A DNA stretch of 43,927 nt from a virus (lineage: Duplodnaviria; Caudoviricetes): IMG/VR virus record IMGVR_UViG_3300048895_000218, positions 1 through 43,927 of that record. One strand, 5' to 3'. Both the position numbers and the translations under genes were made by a program. The notes below the pieces were generated by a model, which was not told the DNA's origin, did not search any database, and saw only the letters and a program-made list of their open reading frames with translations. Shown piece by piece: positions 34,899 through 43,927 of the stretch (position 1 is its first letter; each line of letters starts with the position of its first letter).

Positions 34899-36556
34899 CA
34901 GTTGTCCACGCTCACGCCCAGCATCACCCAGGTGCCGATCGTGCTGCCCGTGTTGGCAGGCAAAAACATGAACTGGTACAGGCCCTTGCCATTGATCGGC
35001 AGCAAGACGAGCGCTGTCGTCGACATGGTGAATTGAGCGCCGAACGTGATGTTCAAGCTGCCGCCCGTGTGGTTGGTGATGAGGATCTGGAGGCGGTCGC
35101 CGAGCTGCCCCAAGGTCGCCGAGATCACCTGCGCTCCGGCGATTGACCTGTCGATCATGATGACCCCGTAGTTCTTCGCATCTGCGAGGAACGGGCCGTT
35201 CGGGTCGGGCGTGCCGAAGCAGCGGTTCTCGCGGGAGCCGTGAAGCCTGGGGCCCACATCAGTTCCGTGAATGATGGTGCCATCTCCCGCGTCTTCGCGA
35301 TAGCCAGGGAGCGCGCCCGTGGCGATGTCGCCGAAAGAGTTCCCCGACTCGAAGATCGCCGCACCCACAGACGGCCCGGTAACCCTGAACGCGGCCAGCA
35401 CCGCGGGCCCCTTCTTGAAGGTGTTGTTTACGAATTTTGCCCCAGCAAACACCGTTGGGGTGCCGTATCCGATGTATGCGAAACTTCCCGCAGTCAGCGC
35501 GGAAGCATCGAACCGACACCCTTCGATCAGTGTGCCGCTTCCGGCAGCGATCCACGGCCCGCTGTGCGAACCGGTGAACACACCCTTGAAGTCGCAGTCG
35601 CGAAACGTCACGCGACCATCAAACGTCTGCGCGAGCGTCTGGGCTGCGACCTGGAAGAACGAGCAGCGGTTGAACACTACGAGCGAATCGAGCGTCGTGT
35701 TGCCGCAGATGACCAGAGTGCCGATCGTGTTCGTGTCATTGCCGAACAAGCAATCCTCGAAGACGACACGTGCCCCGGTGCCGCTCACGAGCGCCATGGC
35801 CTGATTCGCCAAGGAATTGACGCTGCCGAGCCAAAGACTGCGAACGGTGCGCATGCCTCCACTCTCGGAGCCCGTGAAGCTCATGTTGAAAACCGAAGCG
35901 TTGTCGATGGCGATCTTGCTCGCGGGCGCTCCGCTACCCAGCAAACAAACATTGACCGGGACCACAATCGTGCCCGTGTGCCGGTACACGCCAGGAGGGA
36001 AGAACACCGTTCCGCCCGCGACCGCCGCCGCCGTAATGGCGGCGGTGATAGCCGCTCCATCGTCAGCGATGCCATTGCCGAGCGCACCGTAGCTCTTCAC
36101 GTTGAAGTAAATCGCGGCGAAGCTGCTCAGCGCATCACCGATGGTGACGGGCAATCCGCCGACGAGCACCTTCCAGTCGATGGCGCCCGCGTTCGTCTTC
36201 CACAGGTCGAGCACGCTGGCGAGATTCGTCGGCTTGAACGGCCCGATGGTGCCGTCGCGGTAGTTCGTACCGGTGAACGACTGGCTGATCACTTCGACGG
36301 CTGCCGCGTAGTCGCCAGCCACGAACTGGCGCACGAGCACTCCGTTCGCGTCATGCACGAGCACGTCGACCAGCTCTTCGACGTAGAGCGTGACGCTACC
36401 GAACGAGTCGAGGGGGATGGGCTGCGCGCTGTACTGCTGCGAGGCCGGGAAGTCTTTGTAGTAGACGGCGTGCGTGGCCGTGCCGCGTTCGAGGAGCTCG
36501 ACCGAGCCGATCTCTGCGCCTCGGATGCCGGCCACCAATGGGTTGATTAAGTGCAT
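34898..36556 (-). CDS. Tailspike with pectate-lyase-3-like beta-helix
   Basis: FNVKSYGALGNGIADDGAAI..GGTVFFPPGVY; N-terminal virion-attachment region. Confidence 0.8.
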   Translation of the reverse strand: MHLINPLVAGIRGAEIGSVELLERGTATHAVYYKDFPASQQYSAQPIPLDSFGSVTLYVEELVDVLVHDANGVLVRQFVAGDYAAAVEVISQSFTGTNYRDGTIGPFKPTNLASVLDLWKTNAGAIDWKVLVGGLPVTIGDALSSFAAIYFNVKSYGALGNGIADDGAAITAAITAAAVAGGTVFFPPGVYRHTGTIVVPVNVCLLGSGAPASKIAIDNASVFNMSFTGSESGGMRTVRSLWLGSVNSLANQAMALVSGTGARVVFEDCLFGNDTNTIGTLVICGNTTLDSLVVFNRCSFFQVAAQTLAQTFDGRVTFRDCDFKGVFTGSHSGPWIAAGSGTLIEGCRFDASALTAGSFAYIGYGTPTVFAGAKFVNNTFKKGPAVLAAFRVTGPSVGAAIFESGNSFGDIATGALPGYREDAGDGTIIHGTDVGPRLHGSRENRCFGTPDPNGPFLADAKNYGVIMIDRSIAGAQVISATLGQLGDRLQILITNHTGGSLNITFGAQFTMSTTALVLLPINGKGLYQFMFLPANTGSTIGTWVMLGVSVDN

Positions 36557-36557
36557 T

Positions 36558-37379
36558 TCAGCTCCACTGAACCCGGCTTCCGCCGGTCGCCGTTTGGATG
36601 TTCACGCGCCCGGTAGCCCCGACAGGCAGCGCCATGTCGGCGCCCAGCAGCAAGCTCAGACTTTCGATGTTGAGATTGGTGACCGTCGCGAGCGTGAAGT
36701 CGATCGCCGAGTAGAGAGAGAACCCGACCGTCCCTGCCGACACCACGGTGTCGATCATGGTGAAGCTTGCGACCGTCCCGCCGCCTTGAATGGCGACGTA
36801 CGGCTGCGCGGTGGTGAGGGTCGCGGTAGAGATAAACGTCGAGCTCTCCACGCGGCAGCGAGCGCCGGTAATGCTCAGCCCGGGACCGAGGTCGTTCGGG
36901 CCTTGCTCGAAGTAGCAGCCACGCACCAGCATTTCGGCGACGTTGTTATTGGGGCCGATTTTCGAGGATGCGTTCGCCTGGACACTTTCGGGAAAGTAGA
37001 GGTTTCGGAACTCGACGCCATCCGCGGTGGGGTTGAACATCGTTCCGTTAAAGTTGGGTTTAAACGACACCGACGGCTTGCCGTTCGCGACCCCTTCGCC
37101 GAGGAGCGTGAGGCGCTTTGAAATGTTGTGCACGCCCGTGATCGTCTGCGTGTGCCCCGGAAGGAACACCACGATGTCGCCGGCCAAGGCATTGCTGAGC
37201 GCCTGCGAGAGCGTGGCGAGCGGCTTTTCTCGGTTCAGCCCGGCCGGGCTAATGGCATCGGTGCCAGTGAGTGAGCTCACGTACCAAACGTTGCCGCTCG
37301 TGTAGAGCGGCAAGCAGGTGTCGAGGAAGTCCCCAGGCGGGTCGCCTCCGACGCCGTTCGGGTAATATTGGATGCTCAT
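36558..37379 (-). CDS. Beta-helix virion protein, paralog B
   Basis: WYVSSLTG.D...KPLATL.QA...A.AGDIVVFLPGH. Confidence 0.7.
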   Translation of the reverse strand: MSIQYYPNGVGGDPPGDFLDTCLPLYTSGNVWYVSSLTGTDAISPAGLNREKPLATLSQALSNALAGDIVVFLPGHTQTITGVHNISKRLTLLGEGVANGKPSVSFKPNFNGTMFNPTADGVEFRNLYFPESVQANASSKIGPNNNVAEMLVRGCYFEQGPNDLGPGLSITGARCRVESSTFISTATLTTAQPYVAIQGGGTVASFTMIDTVVSAGTVGFSLYSAIDFTLATVTNLNIESLSLLLGADMALPVGATGRVNIQTATGGSRVQWS

Positions 37380-38221
37380 GCCCAGACCACCCGTGAGCCG
37401 CCAGTTGCCAGCTGCACATTGGCGCGGCCGGTGGCCACGCCGAAATTAGCGTCCGCTCCGTGTAGCAGGCTGAGCCCTTCCACACGCAAGCGCGAAACTG
37501 ATGCGGCTCCGCTGAGGTCGATGGCCGAGAGAGAGGAGATGCCCCCGGAGAAGCCTACACTTCCTGCGTCCACCACGCAGTCGGTGATCTCCAAGCCGAC
37601 CAGCGCCGCGCCGGGACTCACCTCGATCACCGACTTCGGCTGTGCGCTGGTCAGCGTCCCCGTGGAGACGAAAGTGGTGCGTCGAAATCGCGCCCTGTTG
37701 GCCGAAATGACGATAGCCCGCTCGTTGTCGTTCGCGCCGCATTCGAAGTAGCAGCCGGAAAACATCACATCATCAGCACTGACGATGATCCTCGTACTGG
37801 TGGCCAGCACCGCACGTTGCGGAAAGTAGATATTTCGGAACTCACAGCCGACGGCGCCCGCCTGAATACTGAAGAGCGATTGGGCGGCGGGCGAAGAGAA
37901 TTGCACAGCGGGCTTACCGGATGCGTCCGTGCCTTCCCCAACGAACGTGAGGTCCGCCTTGTTGATGTTCAGGTTTGGGGACAACTGCACATGTCCTGGC
38001 AGGAAGACGATAATGTCGCCCGCCGCCGCATTGCTGTACGCCTGCGTGACCGTAGCGAGCGGCTTCTCGCGATTCTGTCCCGCCGGGCTGGCTGCGTTGG
38101 TGCCGATGAGCGAGCTCACGTACCAGACGTTGCCAGAGGTGTAGAGCGGGCGCGCGAGGCCGAGCGGATCGCCGCTCGTGGACAAACCGCCGATGCCGTT
38201 CGGGTAGGTCTGAATGCTCAT
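37376..38221 (-). CDS. Beta-helix virion protein, paralog A
   Basis: Colinear with paralog B from MSIQ.YPNG to ATGGSRV.W. Confidence 0.7.
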   Translation of the reverse strand: MSIQTYPNGIGGLSTSGDPLGLARPLYTSGNVWYVSSLIGTNAASPAGQNREKPLATVTQAYSNAAAGDIIVFLPGHVQLSPNLNINKADLTFVGEGTDASGKPAVQFSSPAAQSLFSIQAGAVGCEFRNIYFPQRAVLATSTRIIVSADDVMFSGCYFECGANDNERAIVISANRARFRRTTFVSTGTLTSAQPKSVIEVSPGAALVGLEITDCVVDAGSVGFSGGISSLSAIDLSGAASVSRLRVEGLSLLHGADANFGVATGRANVQLATGGSRVVWA

Positions 38222-38964
38222 CGATAGCTCTTTCGCCAGCCGGTGCGGTGACTGATGGCCACCTGCACGTTCACGCTCGGCTTGGAGTAGCCCTTGCAGA
38301 TGTCCTTCTTGGCGGCTGCCAAACCGTCGAGGTAGCCCACGCGGTCGAGCGCCATGGAGTTATCGAGGGCGAGGCGACCAGCCAGGGCGTAGACAAAGTA
38401 CTCATCCCAGTAGCGCTCGAACGGCAGCGTCATGCCGCCGTTCACCACGTCGGGGCGGAGGTTGTGAAAGTTGAACCGGATGCGTCCGCCGTCCTCGGTT
38501 TGCGATGGAGTCGGCCACAAATAGAGCGTGCCGAGCGGCGCCTCGCGCGCGAAGTAGTAGATGGTCGGACGCGACGCCGAGCTCTTGCTGGAGAGGTTTT
38601 GGTACGTGTCTCGGTCCTTCTTGATGACCGGCGTCTCTGACGATGCCTGGAACGGAACCTGGCTTTCGGTGGGGTCGATGTAGGCGCCGTTGCCCACGCA
38701 ATCGATCACGGTCTCGGGCAGCGGGTAGAGGTTCTGGCCGGCGACGAGCAGCACGTACCCAGGCTGCACCGCGCGCATGGCGATGCCTTCGCCCTGAAGA
38801 GCCGTGACGATGGTGCTGAGGATTTGGCGAGCGACGCCCCCCTGCGCGATGTCAGGCGACTGCTGGACGTTCAGGAGCCCAGCGCGGCGGTACGCCATGG
38901 CCACCACGTCGTCGATGGACGGAACGTAGAGACTCGTCGGCGCTTCGATTTGTGCGTTCGGCAT
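38218..38964 (-). CDS. Head-tail adaptor protein
   Basis: AYRRAG..L.AGQNLY.LP..RPTIYY..LYLWPTP; position after capsid. Confidence 0.7.
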   Translation of the reverse strand: MPNAQIEAPTSLYVPSIDDVVAMAYRRAGLLNVQQSPDIAQGGVARQILSTIVTALQGEGIAMRAVQPGYVLLVAGQNLYPLPETVIDCVGNGAYIDPTESQVPFQASSETPVIKKDRDTYQNLSSKSSASRPTIYYFAREAPLGTLYLWPTPSQTEDGGRIRFNFHNLRPDVVNGGMTLPFERYWDEYFVYALAGRLALDNSMALDRVGYLDGLAAAKKDICKGYSKPSVNVQVAISHRTGWRKSYR

Positions 38965-38967
38965 CCA

Positions 38968-39267
38968 TCACTCCTTCGGGGGCCGAATGCCGTTCGGGTC
39001 GATGAAGCCCGGAAACGGCGGGCACACGAAGGTGTCGACGCCGCCATCGACGGGGCCGATTTCGCGCGGCGCCTGCGAGCGCATGAGCCGCGCGTTGCCC
39101 TCGGACAAACTGACTACATCGAGCCCCGGCGCATCGCTTGGGCAGGCGAGGTTTCCGGATGCATCGCGCGTGAGCTGCGAGCGGCGCCAGGGCACTCCGC
39201 AGTACGAGCACAAAGCCTGCCGGTCGGGTCCAATTCCAACCGGCCAGCGCTTACCAATGGTTCTCAT
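38968..39267 (-). CDS. Hypothetical protein with CxxC, 99 aa
   Basis: Between capsid and adaptor. Confidence 0.65.
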   Translation of the reverse strand: MRTIGKRWPVGIGPDRQALCSYCGVPWRRSQLTRDASGNLACPSDAPGLDVVSLSEGNARLMRSQAPREIGPVDGGVDTFVCPPFPGFIDPNGIRPPKE

Positions 39268-39316
39268 ACGGGGCTCCTTCCGGGCACCAGCTCCAGCCGG
39301 AGCCCCGTTCAGCGGA

Positions 39317-40234
39317 TCAGGCGTTGACGAACAGGATGCAGCGCGGGTCAGACCACCCGCGCGACCAGCGCGCGTAGATGCCGTACTTCAGCAAGAGTTG
39401 GTCGTTGTCGACCCAGCTGCGCGTGTTCGGCTTCTTGCGCCACTTCCATTTGAAGCCGTTGTCCGCGTTGGACAGCAGGCCCCAGTTGGTCGTGGTGTTC
39501 GTCCAGTACTTGATGGGGATCGTCTTCAGACCCAAGTTGTGGACGACGTTGATCTCGTTGAAGGCGCCCGTCGTCGGGTCCTTCTCCGACATGTTGAGGC
39601 CGTCCCAGATGTACCATTGCTCTTCCGGGCAAAGGTTGGCGACCGGCTCGACACCTTCGATGGTGGCGTCGTGACCGGGGAATTTGCGCATTTGCGTGGT
39701 CGCCGTGGCGACAGCGATGCGCGACGGGCTCGCCGGTACGGTCATGAGGTTCGAGAACACGCCGCCACCCGGCAAGGGATGCACCGCGCTCGCGAGCGAC
39801 ACGCCGTCGCCGCCCGTGTAGAGCGGGTTCACGGCGCGCTGCAAGATGCTCGTCGCGTCGATGTCGACGGTCTTGTACATGGCGCGCGGGAGACGCGAGG
39901 CCGCTTGGATGATCGCCGGGTACTTGGAGTCTTCGGCAGCCTCCTCGGTGACGATCAGCTTCAGCGCGAACGTGCGCGACAGGTAGCGAGTGACGGCTCC
40001 TTGCTGGATGCCGCCCGCCTGCATTTCGGCGCCTTCCGACTTCTCGGCAGCGAGCCCGGGGCCGGCCATCTCGAGGTCGTCCTCGAAATTGTCCTCCATG
40101 TTCGACTGCTTCATCCACTTGGGCATGAGCAGCTTCGACTTGTAGGTGCTGAGATTGTCGTCGACGATCTCATCCAAGGTCAGCTTGAGGCCGTCCGAAA
40201 TCGTACTGGTAAAGACAGGAATGCCTGCGGGCAT
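39317..40234 (-). CDS. Major capsid protein
   Basis: EKSEG, ALKLIVTEEAAED, GGDGVSLASAVHPL, RWSRGWSDPR; recalled resemblance to HTVC010P/Mu gpT-like capsids. Confidence 0.88.
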   Translation of the reverse strand: MPAGIPVFTSTISDGLKLTLDEIVDDNLSTYKSKLLMPKWMKQSNMEDNFEDDLEMAGPGLAAEKSEGAEMQAGGIQQGAVTRYLSRTFALKLIVTEEAAEDSKYPAIIQAASRLPRAMYKTVDIDATSILQRAVNPLYTGGDGVSLASAVHPLPGGGVFSNLMTVPASPSRIAVATATTQMRKFPGHDATIEGVEPVANLCPEEQWYIWDGLNMSEKDPTTGAFNEINVVHNLGLKTIPIKYWTNTTTNWGLLSNADNGFKWKWRKKPNTRSWVDNDQLLLKYGIYARWSRGWSDPRCILFVNA

Positions 40235-40237
40235 GGC

Positions 40238-40456
40238 TTAAATCTCCGGTGGCGCTTCTTCGCGCCGAGGGCGGGGGACGTACGTGTCTACCGGCGCAGC
40301 GCCTTCTTCGCGCGGGTCCGGCGTCTCCGCGACAGACGGGTCGTAGACCTGCGTGTCGGGTGTAGTTTCTGACCAGTCGCCGGAGGAGAGCTCTTCGGGC
40401 TCCTCCGCGACCTTGGGCGGCGGCTCGTGGTGAGCCTTGCTCTTCCCCCAGCTCAT
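40238..40456 (-). CDS. Acidic disordered protein, 72 aa
   Basis: TAATG coupling. Confidence 0.55.
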   Translation of the reverse strand: MSWGKSKAHHEPPPKVAEEPEELSSGDWSETTPDTQVYDPSVAETPDPREEGAAPVDTYVPRPRREEAPPEI

Positions 40457-41118
40457 TACGTGCCCACGTTCGTGTAGAAGGCTTCCGCGCCCTTGTTCAC
40501 GGTGACGAGCATCTTCACCCACTGGCCGGCGTAGTCCTGGTTATCGAACGTTTGCGAAACGCCGAAGATGCGCATGGACAGCGTCGCAGTCGCCGCGGCA
40601 TGCGTCGCGATGGCGAGTACGGGGTTCGCGCTGAAGGCCGGCGCGCTCGCGACGGCAGCGGCCAGCTGGTGGTCGCAGTTCTCGCCGACGAGGGCTTGGT
40701 AGGCGAGCAGCGTGGTTGCCGTCACGATGTCGTTGACGTCGATCTCCCAAATGCCTTCGGAAAATGGCGTAACGAGCACCTTCGACTGCCGGTCGAGACT
40801 CGTGCCGTACGAGATGCCCGACGGCAGCACGGGCGAGCGCGTCATGCGTGCGCCGTTGAAATAGCCCTGGCCACCCATGCCCATCACGACGCCCCAAGGG
40901 GCCGTCGAGGTGGCCGCGTTCTCGTTGCCGCCCGCTAGAACCACGCCGCCGCTCACGTCGAGGCGCACGGGGTCGCCGACGTTCAGGTTGAGGTTCGTGC
41001 CGAAACCCGAGACCGTGAAGTTCGTGCCCGAGGTGACGGGCATCTCGAACACGTCGGGGTGCGCGTTCCGGTTGTAGCCACGCGCCCAGCGAAACCCGTA
41101 TCGTTTTACGTTGTCCAT
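40456..41118 (-). CDS. Capsid decoration / minor capsid protein
   Basis: YGFR..GDPV..GVVMG..IWEI pattern; just upstream of MCP. Confidence 0.6.
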   Translation of the reverse strand: MDNVKRYGFRWARGYNRNAHPDVFEMPVTSGTNFTVSGFGTNLNLNVGDPVRLDVSGGVVLAGGNENAATSTAPWGVVMGMGGQGYFNGARMTRSPVLPSGISYGTSLDRQSKVLVTPFSEGIWEIDVNDIVTATTLLAYQALVGENCDHQLAAAVASAPAFSANPVLAIATHAAATATLSMRIFGVSQTFDNQDYAGQWVKMLVTVNKGAEAFYTNVGT

Positions 41119-41124
41119 GTTCCC

Positions 41125-41607
41125 TCAGCCGCCGTACGAAATGGTGTTGCCGCTCGTCTCGTTTTCGAGCGCGATGGCCGCGTTGTTCGCGCGACCGCGT
41201 GTGCCTTGAATGCCGCGCAAGCCATCGACGACGCTGCTCGGCGAAAGGATGCGGCGCTCCATCTGATCGACTTCGAGCTGGGCAATCGCCTCTTGCGCGG
41301 CGAGCTCAGTCTTGTCGATCGACATGAGCAAGTTGTCTTGCCACTCGATGGGGGATCCATCGCCGACGCTTCTGCGTAGCGAGGTGCAGTACGGCCCACC
41401 CGGGCGCTTCACTTCGATGTCGTACCCGAGGTTCTCGTAGTAGCCGACACCGCCGAGTCCTACTTTGTAGGCCCAGACGTAATGCTTCTCCGGATCACCG
41501 TTTCGGATTTGTCCCTGCTGAAGGCTGCGATCCACCTCGCGCGGAGGCGGGTCTTTGCGAGCCGAGGGAGCGGGAGTCCTGCTCTTGATGACGTGATTTG
41601 ACGACAC
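41125..41607 (-). CDS. Head-module hypothetical protein, 160 aa
   Basis: GGAG RBS; HYVW..GY..LLMSI. Confidence 0.65.
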   Translation of the reverse strand: MSSNHVIKSRTPAPSARKDPPPREVDRSLQQGQIRNGDPEKHYVWAYKVGLGGVGYYENLGYDIEVKRPGGPYCTSLRRSVGDGSPIEWQDNLLMSIDKTELAAQEAIAQLEVDQMERRILSPSSVVDGLRGIQGTRGRANNAAIALENETSGNTISYGG

Positions 41608-41763
41608 GAATCTCCAGGTTCTCCACCTTGCCGACTGGTGGGGTCTCCCTGGAGTTCAGACAGCAGCGACGGGAATCGCTGGAGCCGTCAAAGCGTCCGC
41701 TGGCTAAGCGTGGCGCCGATGCGTCAAGTATGCAGCGCGCCACGCCCCGGTCAACGGGAGCCT

Positions 41764-42657
41764 TTATCGCTTCGCCGCCAAGAGTTTCTTGCCCACCGTC
41801 TGCGCCCACTTCTGACAGGCTGCGCCCGCGTCCAGGTCTGGGTACATGCTGACTGCCATCTTGTAGTAGTGGCTGCCCCGAGGCATTGGGATGGTGCGGC
41901 TCGGGGCGGCAGACAGCGCGCGCGGGCCCGCTGACAAGCCCGTCGCGCGCTGGCGTTCGATGGCGTCGGGCTTGGGGCGCTTGCCCAAGATGCGCTGGCG
42001 GGCCTCCTCCATCACCTCGTCATGGAGCTCTTTTGAGTCCTTTCGGCCTTCGGCGATCAGCTGGTTGACGCGGCCAGCCGCGAACTGAAGCGCCCGCGGA
42101 TCGCCATAAACGTCGGAATTTTCGCGTTCTAGCTGACGCGATAGCTCCTCCTGCTGGCGGCGGGGGGCGTTCAGGATGTCGCGGCGCTCGGCGGCCAGCG
42201 TCGCTTTCTGGATGTCGAGCTCGATGGCTCGCTCGCGCATCTCGGTCTCGCGCTCAGCCGTGAGCGTGCGGCTGTGCTGGGCGCGGGCGTAGTCGTCCTC
42301 GAGCCGCTGGAGCTCGGCGTAGGTCGAGCGGATGCGGCGGTCGACTTCGGCTGTGCTGGCGACGTGGGGAGCCGCGCCGGGCACGGGGCGGTTCCGCTCG
42401 GCGAGCTGCTCTCGGAGCACCTTGGCCTCAGCCTCGGCGGCGGCGGCGCGCTCGCGGGAGCTCATGCGTCCCGCGCGGCGCTCGCGACGGTTCGGCGCAG
42501 CTTCGGAGGCTTCGTCTTCCTCTTCGTCCGACTCGGGCGCCTCGACGGACACCTCGTCCGTGTCTGTCTCTTTGGCGGCTGCCATGCGCTCGCGCATGCC
42601 GCCCAGGTGTTTGCCTACTGCTGCTTCCTCTTGGTCTGTGTCGTCTGGTCCAGGCAT
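41764..42657 (-). CDS. Scaffolding protein
   Basis: Acidic N-terminus, coiled coil, between portal and capsid. Confidence 0.65.
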   Translation of the reverse strand: MPGPDDTDQEEAAVGKHLGGMRERMAAAKETDTDEVSVEAPESDEEEDEASEAAPNRRERRAGRMSSRERAAAAEAEAKVLREQLAERNRPVPGAAPHVASTAEVDRRIRSTYAELQRLEDDYARAQHSRTLTAERETEMRERAIELDIQKATLAAERRDILNAPRRQQEELSRQLERENSDVYGDPRALQFAAGRVNQLIAEGRKDSKELHDEVMEEARQRILGKRPKPDAIERQRATGLSAGPRALSAAPSRTIPMPRGSHYYKMAVSMYPDLDAGAACQKWAQTVGKKLLAAKR

Positions 42658-43298
42658 TATTCGTGCTCCGCGCGCCAGGCGTCAGCCGGCAGCCAGGGTT
42701 TCCCGTTTTCGTCGATGAAGGTGTGTTCGATGCTCGTCTCGGTACGACGCGCGAGGTAGCGAACCTGCCGGTTCTTGAGGTTCGTCGCGAGGTCTTCGCT
42801 ACCGATGATGTCGCCCGCGAGCAGGATGATCAGGTGCTGTTCGAGCCCGAGCACCGAGTCATACCGAATATGGTACGGGGCCGCGTGGCAGAAGAGCACC
42901 TTATGGCCGAGGTCGACGCCATGCGAGCGCAGCTGATCGAGCGCCTTCAAACCAGCAGCGACGATGATGCCTTGCGGCGCGCGTGATTTCTCGCGCTGTT
43001 GCACCGACTCAGGCATGTGGATCAGCGAGTCCGCTTCGAACTTGTCGCCCTTCTGCATCGGGATCTGCCAGATGAAAACCCGGTCAAAGACCGCCTGACG
43101 AGAGAAGGCTCCATCAGTGATGCCGTACTCGATGCGCCGCTCGTCGAGCAGCTTCGGCAAGCCAAGCGTGCCTGGTGGCGACATGCGCTTGAGCATCACG
43201 GCCGTGCGCCGTTCTGACTGCTCGCGCTCGCGCGCATCCAAGATGCTGCTGTCTACTCGCGCCAGTGCGACGCCGTTCGTGTCGGTGAGCTCATTCAT
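42657..43298 (-). CDS. GroES-like co-chaperonin domain protein
   Basis: FDRVFI..LIHMPE..EK..GIIVAAG..VDLGHKVLF..LIIL..DIIG. Confidence 0.7.
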   Translation of the reverse strand: MNELTDTNGVALARVDSSILDAREREQSERRTAVMLKRMSPPGTLGLPKLLDERRIEYGITDGAFSRQAVFDRVFIWQIPMQKGDKFEADSLIHMPESVQQREKSRAPQGIIVAAGLKALDQLRSHGVDLGHKVLFCHAAPYHIRYDSVLGLEQHLIILLAGDIIGSEDLATNLKNRQVRYLARRTETSIEHTFIDENGKPWLPADAWRAEHE

Positions 43299-43530
43299 CC
43301 ACTCGGTCCTTGTGAGCGTTCCTAAAGAACGCGGCTAACGTGGTCAGTTCGTTCCACAGCGTTGCGGCAGCCGTGACCTTGGGGTCCGTCGACTTGCTGC
43401 ACGTTGCGAGTAGGTTTTCGTGGGCTGCCTCCACGCGCTCGTCGATTTGCTTCAGGAAATACTGACCAGGCGCCGATCGAATCCAATCGATGATGTCGGT
43501 CGACTTCCGGAAGCCGGCATAGTTGGTCAT
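43291..43530 (-). CDS. Hypothetical protein, 79 aa
   Basis: TGATG coupled to the portal stop. Confidence 0.7.
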   Translation of the reverse strand: MTNYAGFRKSTDIIDWIRSAPGQYFLKQIDERVEAAHENLLATCSKSTDPKVTAAATLWNELTTLAAFFRNAHKDRVDE

Positions 43531-43927
43531 CAGTGGGGGTTACCCGGTTGGGGCGGCGCGGGGCGCGGCGGCGGTCCAGGCGGCGGTCCTTTCATCGGAC
43601 CTCCAGGCGGGACGTTGCCGGGGTGCGGCGGCGGTCCGTTGTCGGGTCCCCCAGGCGGGGGGCCTCCGGGGCCAGGCGGGCCAGGCGGGCCACCAGGAGG
43701 TCCACCAGGCGGGCCTCCGGGCAGCCCAGGCGGGCCTCCGGGCGGTCCCATGGGCGGCGCGGGCATGCCGAGCGGAGTCTCTGGGGGCGGGGGGGGCGGG
43801 CCGAGGAGCGGCACGAGGTTTCTGAGCCCGCGCGCCTCCAGGCACTGCTTCATGATGGCGTGGATCAGGGCGATGTTGGCCTGGAGCTGCGGCACCTTCT
43901 TGAAGAGGTCGAGCGCTTCGTCCGCCT
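43530..43927 (-). CDS. Portal protein, 3' part (Pro/Gly-rich tail)
   Basis: In frame with 1..2090 after removing the 127-bp overlap (2361 nt). Confidence 0.8.
   Translation of the reverse strand, partial: ADEALDLFKKVPQLQANIALIHAIMKQCLEARGLRNLVPLLGPPPPPPETPLGMPAPPMGPPGGPPGLPGGPPGGPPGGPPGPPGPGGPPPGGPDNGPPPHPGNVPPGGPMKGPPPGPPPRPAPPQPGNPH

Noticed and set aside
36558-38221. Diversity-generating retroelement TR/VR pair
   Set aside because: No reverse transcriptase; similarity is whole-gene paralogy rather than adenine-specific variation.
43801-43927. Biological direct terminal repeat
   Set aside because: Exactly 127 bp and inside the portal ORF; best explained as assembler overlap.
24977-43927. 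Long plus-strand ORFs (e.g. 29087-30280, 35240-36550, 38987-40372; also 2618-3727 and 19335-20357 outside this span)
   Set aside because: Antisense shadows of real high-GC genes, with no motifs or RBS.

Overview
The window is a complete, circularly assembled genome of a temperate, high-GC tailed dsDNA phage. Bases 1-127 are identical to 43801-43927, so the unique length is 43,800 bp. The short-tail (podovirus-like) late operon runs on the minus strand: possible TerS, TerL, a portal that crosses the contig junction, a GroES-like protein, scaffold, major capsid, adaptor, two paralogous beta-helix proteins, tailspike, P22 gp10-like hub, ejection proteins and a lectin-like fibre. A divergent cI/cro-like switch lies at ~21.9 kb. 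The cro-side operon carries a secreted transglycosylase-like protein, a tyrosine integrase, a lone DnaA domain IV, a replication initiator with an internal origin and a lone LexA DNA-binding domain. A Bet/RecT operon and a large early region of small genes (6.1-16 kb) complete the genome. Three features stand out. (1) Five covarying, two-conformation hairpin elements sit in front of successive early gene blocks. (2) A tRNA-His-like attP lies inside the integrase gene, so integration would both truncate Int and cut the replication genes off from the cro promoter. (3) Three consecutive small genes end in the same 16-bp repeat, giving all three proteins the C-terminus SVRG. All calls come from reading motifs by eye, with no database search. 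The host is unknown; a Gram-negative, possibly myxobacterial host is only an inference.
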